Shown in pieces: positions 54,601 through 64,000 of a stretch of 64,000 bases of DNA; position 1 is the first letter of the stretch; every line of letters begins with the position of its first letter. The notes under the pieces are model-generated. The model saw only the letters and a list, made by a program, of their open reading frames with translations. It was not told the origin of the DNA and did no database searches. The DNA comes from the human T2T-CHM13v2.0 reference genome, Homo sapiens: the NCBI RefSeq assembly GCF_009914755.1, contig NC_060946.1, one strand, 5' to 3'. Both the position numbers and the translations under genes were made by a program.

Positions 54601-55870
54601 ATTCTCTAGGATCTGCCTACAGGGTGCTTTGTGACATATCCCTGCACTGATCACCCAGGTGATCTAACTCTGGTCAAAGCTCTGCCTAAAGGGGCATTGT
54701 GACAGATCTCTGCACTGATCACTCAGGTGATGTACCTGTTGTCTAGGCTCTGCTTCAAGGGGCCTTGTCACATATCTCTGCACTGATCACCCAGGTGATG
54801 TAACTCTTGTCGAGGCTCTGCTTCCAGGGCATATTGTGACATATCTATGCACTGATCACCTTAGTGATGTAACACTTGTGTAGGCTCGGCCTACAGGAGA
54901 GTCTTGACATACCTCTGCACTGTTAACCGAGCGGATTTAACCCTTGTCTAGGCTGTGCCCACAGGGGGATTGAGACATATCTCTGCACTGATCACGAGGT
55001 GATCCAACTCTTGCCTGGTCTCTGGCTACTGGGGACATTGTGACATATCTCTGTACTGATCTCCCAGGTGCTGCAACTTTAGTCTAGGCTCTGGCTACAC
55101 GACATTGTGACATATCACTGCACTGATCACCCAGGTGATATAACTCTTGTCTAGGCTTTGCCTACAATGGTCTTGTGACATCTCTCTGCACTGATCACCC
55201 AGGTGATATAACTATACTCAGGGATCTGACCACAGGGAGCTTTGTGACATATCCCTGCAATGATCAGCCAGGTGATATACCACTTGCCAAGGCTCTGCCT
55301 ACAGGGGCATTGCAATGAATCTCTGCACTGATCACCTAGGTCTTGTAACTCTTTTCTAGGATCTGCCTACATGGTGCTTTGTGACGTATCCCAGCAAGGA
55401 TTACCCAGGTGATGTACCGCTCATCAAGGCTCTGCCTACAGGCACATCGCGATGTATCTCTGCACTGATCACCTAGGTCATGTAACCTTTGTCTAGGCTC
55501 TGCCTACGATGGCATTGTGACATATCTCTGCACTAATCATCCAAGTGATGTAACACCTGTCTGGGATCTGCCTATATTAACTTTGTGACATAACCCTGTA
55601 CTGATCATCCAGGTGATGGGGCTTTTGTCTAGGCTCTGCCTAAGGGGGCATTGTGACATAATTCTGCATTGATCACCCAGGTGGCGAACTCTTCTCTTGG
55701 ATCTGCCTAAGGGGCATTGTGACAAATCTGTGCACTGATCACCCAGGTGACGTAACTGTTGTGTAACCTCTGCCGACAGTGGAATTGTGAGAGATCTCGC
55801 CACTGATCACCCAAGTGATGTAACCATTGTCTAGGCTTTGCGTACAGGGGTCTTTGTGACATACCTTTGC
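36680..55870 (-). repeat. HOR subfamily B, 29-mer-based with structural variants (683, 2109, 1974, 1631, 2109 bp twice, then 1971 bp)
   Basis: Landmarks at 37118, 37801, 39910, 41884, 43515, 45624, 46307, 48416, 50390, 52021, 54130. Diagnostic variants: 'gacagaggtg', 'ggtgacgtaac', 'ataaccact', 'aatctgtacac', 'aactctggcc', 'aactttgtgac'. Confidence 0.87.
36700..53345 (-). repeat. Tandem segmental duplication with period 8506 bp (125 monomers), two copies
   Basis: Constant offset of 8506 between landmark and ORF pairs: 37118/45624, 37777/46283, 38665/47171, 39369/47875, 41884/50390, 43515/52021. Private variants are shared, e.g. 'ttttcaatct' at ~36711/45217 and 'ttctcgagg' at ~36844/45350. 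Confidence 0.93.
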
Positions 55871-58800
55871 ACTGATCACCCAGGTGATGTAACACATCTA
55901 AGTTCGGCCTAAAGGAGCTTTGTGACACATCTCTGCACTGATCACTTAGGTGATGTAACACTTTTATAATCACTGCCTACAGGGAATTTTGACAAATCTC
56001 TGCACTGATCACCTAGGTGATGTAACCCTTGTCTACCCTCTGTCCAACGGGGCATTGTGAAATATCTCAGCACTGAACACCCAGGTGATTCAACTCTTGA
56101 CTAGGAACTGCCTACAGAGGTTATTGTGAAATATCTCTGCACTGATAAACTAGGTGGTGTAACCCTTGTCCAAGCTCTGCCTACAGGGGCGTTTCCACAT
56201 ATCCCTGAACTGATGACAATGGTGATGTAACTCTTGCCTAGGCTTTGCCTACAGGAGCATTGGACATATATCTGCACTGATCACTCAGGTGATGCAACTC
56301 TTGCCTAGGCTTTGCCTACAGGGGACACTGTGACATATCTCTTCAATGATCACTCATGTGATGCATCTCTTGCCTAGGCTTTGCCAACAGGGGACATTGT
56401 GACATATCTCTGCACTGATCTCCCTGGTACTGTAACTTTAGTCTAGGCTCTGGCTACACGGCATTGTGACATATCACTGCACTGATCAACCAGGTGATAT
56501 AACTCTTGTATAGGCTCTGCCTACAGGGGGATTGTGACCTACCTCTGCACTGATCACCAAGGTGATATAACTCTTCTCTAGGATCTGCCTACAGGGTGCT
56601 TTGTGACATATCCCTGCACTGATCACCCAGGTGACCTAACTCTGGTCTAAGCTCTGCCTAAAGGGGCATTGTGACAGATCTCTGCACTGATCACTCAGGT
56701 GATGTAACTATTGTCTAGGCTCTGCTTAAAGGGGCCTTGTCACATATCCCTGCACTGATCACCCAGGTGATGTAACTCTTGTCTAGGCTCTGCTTCCAGG
56801 GCATATTGTGACATAACTATGCACTGATCACCTTAGTGATGTAACACTTGTGTAGGCTCGGCCTACAGAGGAATCTTGACATATCTCTGCACTGTTAAAC
56901 GAGGTGATTTAACTCTTGTCTAGGCTGTGCCCACAGGGGGATTGAGACATATCTCTGCACTGATCCCGAGGTGATCCAACTCTTGCCTGGTCTCTGCCTA
57001 CTGGGTACATTGTGACATATCTCTGCACTGATCTCCCAGGTGCTGTAAATTTTGTCTAGGCTCTGGCTACACGGCATTGTGAGTTATCACTGCACTGATC
57101 ACCCAGGCGATACAACTCTTGTCTAGGCTCTGCCTACAATGGTCTTGTGACATATCTCTGCACTGATCACCCAGGTGATATAACTCTTCTCTAGGGTCTG
57201 ACCACGGGGTGCTTTGTGACATATCCCTGCAATGATCACCCAGGTGATATAGCACTTGCCAAGGCTCTGCTTACAGGGGCATTGCAATGTATCTCTGCAC
57301 TGATCACCTAGGTCTTGTAGCTATTTTCTAGGATCTGCCTACAGGGTGCTTTGTGACGGGTCCCAGCAAGGATTACCCAGGTGATGTACCTCTCATCAAG
57401 GCTCTGCCTACAGGCACATTGCGATATATCTCTGCACTGATCACCTAGGTCATGTAACTTTTGTCTAGGCTCTACCTACGATGGTATTGTGACATATCTC
57501 TGCACTAATCATCCAAGTGATGTAACACTTGTCTAGGATGTGCCTAAATTAACTTTTTGTCATAACCCTGTACTGATCATCCAGGTGATGGGGCTTTTGT
57601 CTAGGCTCTGCCTAAGGGGGCATTGTGACATATTTCTGCATTGATCACCCAGGTGGCGAACTCTTCTCTCGTATCTGCCTATGGGGGCATTGTGAGACAT
57701 CTCTGCACTGATCACCCAGGTGATGTAACTGTTGTGTAACCTCTGCCTACAGGGGAATTGTGAGAGATCTCTCCACTGATTACCCAAGTGATGCAACCAT
57801 TGTCTAGGCTTTGCGTATAGGGGGCTTTGTGACATACCTTTGCACTGATCACCCAGGTGATGTAACACATCTAAGTTCGGCCTAAAGGAGCTTTGTGACA
57901 CATCTCTGCACTGATCACTTAGGTGATGTAACACTTTTATAATCACTGCCTACAGGGAATTTTGACAAATCTCTGCACTGATCACCTAGGTGATGTAACT
58001 CTTGTCTACCCTCTGTCCAACGGGGCATTGTGAAATATCTCTGCACTGAACACACAAGTGATTCAACTCTTGACTAGGAACTGCCTACAGAGGTTATTGT
58101 GAAATATCTCTGCACTGATAAACTAGGTTGTGTAACCCTTGTCCAAGCTCTGCCTACAGGGGCGTTTCCAAATATCCCTGAACTGATGACAAAGGTGATG
58201 TAACTCTTGCCTAGGCTTTGCCTACAGGGGACATTGGACATATATCTGCACTGATCACCCAGGTGATGCAACTCTTGCCTAGGCTTTGCCTACAGGGGAC
58301 ACTGTGACATATCTCTTCAATGATAACTCATGTGATGCATCTCTTGCCTAGGCTTTGCCAACAGGGGACATTGTGACATATCTCTGCACTGATCTCCCTG
58401 GTACTGTAACTTTAGTCTAGGCTCTGGCTACACGGCATTGTGACATATCACTGCACTGATCAACCATGTGATATAACTCTTGTATAGGCTCTGCCTACAG
58501 GGGGATTGTGACCTACCTCTGCACTGATCACCCAGGTGATATAACTCTTCTCTAGGATCTGCCTACAGGGTGCTTTGTGACATATCCCTGCACTGATCAC
58601 CCAGGTGACCTAACTCTTGTCTAAGCTCTGCCTAAAGGGGCATTGTGACAGATCTCTGCACTGATCACTCAGGTGATGTAACTATTGTCTAGGCTCTGCT
58701 TAAAGGGGCCTTGTCACATATCCCTGCACTGATCACCCAGGTGATGTAACTCTTGTCTAGGCTCTGCTTCCAGGGCATATTGTGACATAACTATGCACTG

Positions 58801-61800
58801 ATCACCTTAGTGATGTAACACTTGTGTAGGCTCGGCCTACAGAGGAATCTTGACATATCTCTGCACTGTTAAACGAGGTGATTTAACTCTTGTCTAGGCT
58901 GTGCCCACAGGGGGATTGAGACATATCTCTGCACTGATCCCGAGGTGATCCACCTCTTGCCTGGTCTCTGCCTACTTGGGACATTGTGACATATCTCTGC
59001 ACTGATCTAACAGTTTCTGTAAATTTTGTCTAGGCTCTGGCTACAAGGCTTTGTGACCTACCACTGCACTGATCACCCAGGCGATAAAACTCTTGTCTAG
59101 GCTCTGCCTACAATGGTCTTGTGACATATCTCTGCACTGATCACCCAGGTGATATAACTCTTCTCTAGGATCTGACCACGGGGTGCTTTGTGACATATCC
59201 CTGCAATGATCACCCAGGTGATATAGCACTTGCCAAGGCTCTGCATAAAGGGGCATTGCAATGTATCTCTGCACTGATCACCTAGGTCTTGTAGCTATTT
59301 TCTAGGATCTGCCTACAGGGTGCTTTTTGACGGGTCACAGCAAGGATTACCCAGGTGATGTACTTCTCATCAAGGCTCTGCCTACAGGCACATTGTGATA
59401 TATCTCTGCACTGATCACCTAGGTCATGTAACTTTTGTCTAGGCTCTACCTACGATGGTATTGTGACATATCTCTGCACTAATCATCCAAGTGATGTAAC
59501 ACTTGTCTAGGATGTGCCTAAATTAACTTTTTGACATAACCCTGTACTGATCATCCAGGTGATGGGGCTTTTGTCTAGGCTCTGCCTAAGGGGGCATTGT
59601 GACATATTTCTGCATTGATCACCCAGGTGGCGAACTCTTCTCTCGGATCTGCCTATGGGGGCATTGTGAGAAATCTCTGCACTGATCACCCAGGTGATGT
59701 AACTGTTGTGTAACCTCTGCCTACAGGGGAATTGTGAGAGATCTCGCCACTGATTACCCAAGTGATGTAACCATTGTCTAGGCTTTGCGTACAGGGGGCT
59801 TTGTGACATACCTTTGCACTGATCACCCAGGTGATGTAACACATCTAAGTTCGGCCTAAAGGAGCTTTGTGACACATCTCTGCACTGATCACTTAGGTGA
59901 TGTAACACTTTTATAATCACTGCCTACAGGGAATTTTGACAAATCTCTGCACTGATCACCTAGGTGATGTAACTCTTGTCTACCCTCTGTCCAACGGGGC
60001 ATTGTGAAATATCTCTGCACTGAACACACAAGTGATTCAACTCATGACTAGGAACTGCCTACAGAGGTTATTGTGAAATGTCTCTGCACTGATAAACTAG
60101 GTGGTGTAACCCTTGTCCAAGCTCTGCCTACAGGGGCGTTTCCACATATCCCTGAACTGATGACAAAGGTGATGTAACTCTTGCCTAGGCTTTGCCTACA
60201 GGGGACATTGGACATATATCTGCAGTGATCACCCAGGTGATGCAACTCTTGCCTAGGCTTTGCCTACAGGGGACACTGTGACATATCTCTTCAATGATGA
60301 CTCATGTGATGCATCTCTTGCCTAGGCTTTGCCAACAGGGGACATTGTGACATATCTCTGCACTGATCTCCCTGGTACTGTTACTTTAGTCTAGGCTCTG
60401 GCTACACGGCATTGTGACATATCACTGCACTGATCAACCAGGTGATATAACTCTTGTATAGGCTCTGCCTACAGGGGGATTGTGACCTACCTCTGCACTG
60501 ATCACCCAGGTGATATAACTCTTCTCTAGGATCTGCCTACAGGGTGCTTTGTGACATATCCCTGCACTGATCACCCAGGTGACCTAACTCTTGTCTAAGC
60601 TCTGCCTAAAGGGGCATTGTGACAGATCTCTGCACTGATCACTCAGGTGATGTAACTATTGTCTAGGCTCTGCTTAAAGGGGCCTTGTCACATATCACTG
60701 CACTGATCACCCAGGTGATGTAACTCTTGTCTAGGCTCTGCTTCCAGGGCATATTGTGACATAACTATGCACTGATCACCTTAGTGATGTAACACTTGTG
60801 TAGGCTCGGCCTACAGAGGAATCTTGACATATCTCTGCACTGTTAAACGAGGTGATTTAACTCTTGTCTAGGCTGTGCCCACAGGGGGATTGAGACATAT
60901 CTCTGCACTGATCCCGAGGTGATCCAACTCTTGCCTGGTCTCTGCCTACTGGGGACATTGTGACATATCTCTGCACTGATCTAACAGTTTCTGTAAATTT
61001 TGTCTAGGCTCTGGCTACAAGGCTTTGTGACCTATCACTGCACTGATCACCCAGGCGATACAACTCCTGTCTAGGCTCTGCCTACAATGGTCTTGTGACA
61101 TATCTCTGCACTGATCACCCAGGTGATATAACTCTTCTCTAGGATCTGACCACGGGGTGCTTTGTGACATATCCCTGCAATGATCACCCAGGTGATATAC
61201 CACTTGCCAAGGCTCTGCCTACAGGGGCATTGCAATGTATCTCTGCACTGATCACCTAGGTCTTGTAGCTATTTTCTAGGATCTGCCTACAGGGTGCTTT
61301 TTGACGGGTCACCGCAAGGATTTCCCAGGTGATGTACCTCTCATCAAAGCTCTGCCTACGGGCACATTGTGATATATCTCTGCACTGATCACCTAGGTCA
61401 TGTAACTTTTGTCTAGGCTCTACCTACGATGGTATTGTGACATATCTCTGCACTAATCATCCAAGTGATGTAACACTTGTCTAGGATGTGCCTAAATTAA
61501 CTTTTCGACATAACCCTGTACTGATCATCCAGGTGATGGAGCTTTTGTCTAGGCTCTGCCTAAGGGGGCATTGTGACATATTTCTGCATTGATCACCCAG
61601 GTGGCGAACTCTTCTCTCGGATCTGCCTATGGGGGCATTGTGAGAAATGTCTGCACTGATCACCCAGGTGATGTAACTGTTGTGTAACCTCTGCCTACAG
61701 GGGAATTGTGAGAGATCTCGCCACTGATTACCCAAGTGATGTAACCATTGTCTAGGCTTTGCGTACAGGGGGCTTTGTGACATACATTTGCACTGATCAC

Positions 61801-64000
61801 CCAGGTGATGTAACACATCTAAGGTCGGCCTAAAGGAGCTTTGTGACACATCTCTGCACTGATCACTTAGGTGATGTAACACTTTTATAATCACTGCCTA
61901 CAGGGAATTTTGACAAATCTCTGCACTGATCACCTAGGTGATGTAACTCTAGTCTACCCTCTGTCCAACGGGGCATTGTGAAATGTCTCAGCACTGAACA
62001 CCCAGGTGATTCAACTCTTGACTAGGAACTGCCTACAGAGGTTATTGTGAAATATCTCTGCACTGATAAACTAGGTGGTGTAACACTTGTCCAAGCTCTG
62101 CCTACAGGGGCGTTTCCACATATCCCTGAACTGATGACAAAGGTGATGTAACTCTTGCCTAGGCTTTGCCTACAGGGGCATTGGACATATATCTGCACTG
62201 ATCACCCAGGTGATGCAACTCTTGTCTAGGCTTTGCCTACAGGGGACATTGTGACATATCTCTGCACTGATCTCCCTGGTACTGTAACTTTAGTCTAGGC
62301 TCTGGCTACACGGCATTGTGACATATCACTGCACTGATCAACCAGGTGATATAACTCTTGTATAGGCTCTGCCTACAGGGGGATTGTGACCTACCTCTGC
62401 ACTCATCACCAGGTGATATAACTCTTCTCTAGGATCTGCCTACAGGGTGATTTGTGACATATCCCTGCACTGATCACCCAGGTGACCTAACTATGGTCTA
62501 AGCTCTGCCTAAGGGGGCATTGTGACAGATCTCTGCACTGATCACTCAGGTGATGTAACTATTGTCTAGGCTCTGCTTAAAGGGGCCTTGTCACATATCC
62601 CTGCACTGATCACCCAGGTGATGTAACTCTTGTCTAGGCTCTGCTTCCAGGGCATATTGTGACATAACTATGCACTGATCACCTTAGTGATGTAACACTT
62701 GTGTAGGCTCGGCCTACAGAGGAATCTTGACATATCTCTGTACTGTTAAACGAGGTGATTTAACTCTTGTCTAGGCTGTGCCCACAGGGGGATTGAGACA
62801 TATCTCTGCACTGATCCCGAGGTGATCCAACTCTTGCCTGGTCTCTGCCTACTGGGGACATTGTGACATATCTCTGCACTGATCTCCCAGGTGCTGTAAA
62901 TTTTGTCTAGTCTCTGGCTACACGGCATTGTGACTTATCACTGCACTGATCACCCAGGCGATCCAACTCTTGTCTAGGCTCTGCCTACAATGGTCTTGTG
63001 ACATATCTCTGCACTGATCACCCAGGTGATATAACTCTTCTCTAGGATCTGACCACGGGGTGCTTTGTGACATATCCCTGAAATGATCACCCAGGTGATA
63101 TACCACTTGCAAAGGCTCTGCTTGCAGGGGCATTGCAATGTATCTCTGCACTGATCACCTAGGTCTTGTAGCTATTTTCTGGGATCTGCCTACAGGGTGT
63201 TTTGTGACGGGTCCCAGCAAGGATTACCCAGGTGATGTACCTCTCATCAAGGCTCTGCCTACAGGCACATTGCGATATATCTCTGCACTGATCACCTAGG
63301 TCATGTAACTTTTGTCTAGGCTCTACCTACGATGGTATTGTGACATATCTCTGCACTAATCATCCAAGTGATGTAACACTTGTCTAGGATGTGCCTAAAT
63401 TAACTTTTTGACATAACCCTGTACTGATCATCCAGGTGATGGGGCTTTTGTCTAGGCTCTGCCTAAGGGTTCATTGTGACATATTTCTGCATTGATCACC
63501 CAGGTGGCGAACACTTCTCTCGTATCTGCCTATGGGGGCATTGTGAGAAATCTCTGTACTGATCACCCAGGTGATGTAACTGTTGTGTAACCTCTGCCTA
63601 CAGGGGAATTGTGAGAGATCTCGCCACTGATTACCCAAGTGATGTAACCATTGTCTAGGCTTTGTGTACAGGGGGCTTTGTGACATACCTTTGCACTGAT
63701 CACCCAGGTGATGTAACACATCTAAGTTCGGCCTAAAGGAGCTTTGTGACACATCTCTGCACTGATCACTTAGGTGATGTAACACCTTTATAATCACTGC
63801 CTACAGGGAATTTTGACAAATCTCTGCACTGATCACCTAGGTGATGTAACTCTTGTCTACCCTCTGTCCAACGGGGCATTGTGAAATATCTCAGCACTGA
63901 ACACCCAGGTGATTCAACTCTTGACTAGGAACTGCCTACAGAGGTTATTGTGAAATATCTCTGCACTGATAAACTAGGCGGTGTAACCCTTGTCCAAGCT
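55870..64000 (-). repeat. HOR subfamily C (29-mers of 1973-1974 bp and one 1903-bp unit lacking a monomer)
   Basis: Landmarks at 56101, 58074, 60048, 62022, 63925, with the same diagnostic variants as the 11.0-14.85 kb island. Confidence 0.87.

Larger units (their letters stand above)
1..64000 (-). repeat. Beta satellite (68-bp Sau3A / BSR-Beta) tandem array, ~940 monomers, extending beyond both window ends
   Basis: The core 'gacatatctctgcactgatcacccaggtgat' recurs every 67-69 bp across the window, with a GATC in most monomers. The reverse complement of the consensus (GATCAGTGCAGAGATATGTCACAATGCCCCTGTAGGCAGAGCCTAGACAAGAGTTACATCACCTGGGT) matches the beta-satellite consensus as I recall it. 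Confidence 0.96.

Noticed and set aside
224-63797. Many 60-150 aa minus-strand ORFs with recurring Cys/His motifs (HHLGDQCRDMSQ), superficially zinc-finger-like
   Set aside because: They are translations of the 68-bp monomer cycling through three frames. They recur at the HOR period and appear or vanish with single substitutions and frameshifts, with no sign of frame conservation. The strand bias reflects TGA/TAA/TAG in the + strand consensus.
1-64000. CRISPR-like look: ~28-bp dyad-containing core alternating with ~40-bp variable segments
   Set aside because: The variable segments are homologous to each other and repeat in fixed order. The cores are degenerate, there are no cas genes or leader, and the sequence matches a primate satellite.
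1-64000. Alpha satellite / CENP-B box centromere core
   Set aside because: The period is 68 bp rather than 171 bp, and I recognised no CENP-B box.
1-64000. Alu/L1 insertions, D4Z4/LSau segments or inversions, which often accompany beta satellite
   Set aside because: I saw no poly(A) tails, GC-rich blocks or reverse-orientation monomers. All landmark spacings are explained by whole monomers to within a few bp.
1-64000. Specific chromosome or species assignment
   Set aside because: There is no unique flanking sequence. An acrocentric short-arm origin is only suggested by HOR size and would need alignment to T2T assemblies.

Overview
The whole 64 kb window is one uninterrupted, single-orientation tandem array of the 68-bp primate beta satellite (Sau3A satellite, BSR/Beta), about 940 monomers. 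The + strand consensus is GATCACCCAGGTGATGTAACTCTTGTCTAGGCTCTGCCTACAGGGGCATTGTGACATATCTCTGCACT, so the customary consensus reads on the - strand. It is probably human or great-ape heterochromatin, for example an acrocentric short arm (inference). No genes, RNA genes, transposon insertions or CRISPR arrays are supported, and all listed ORFs are satellite artefacts. The interest lies in the hierarchy. Monomers form a higher-order repeat (HOR) whose landmark 'gattcaactcttgactagga' recurs 36 times. Three HOR subfamilies can be told apart: A (28-mer, ~1906 bp; 1-11.0 kb and 14.85-36.7 kb), B (29-mer-based and heavily rearranged; 36.7-55.9 kb) and C (29-mer, ~1974 bp; 55.9-64 kb plus a two-unit island at 11.0-14.85 kb). 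Subfamily B contains a near-identical tandem 8,506-bp, 125-monomer super-repeat (10+31+29+24+31). There are also several in-register deletions and duplications and non-adjacent block duplications. All comparisons were made by eye and from coordinate arithmetic, so boundaries are approximate. I found no convincing novel coding system; the findings concern satellite architecture and evolution.
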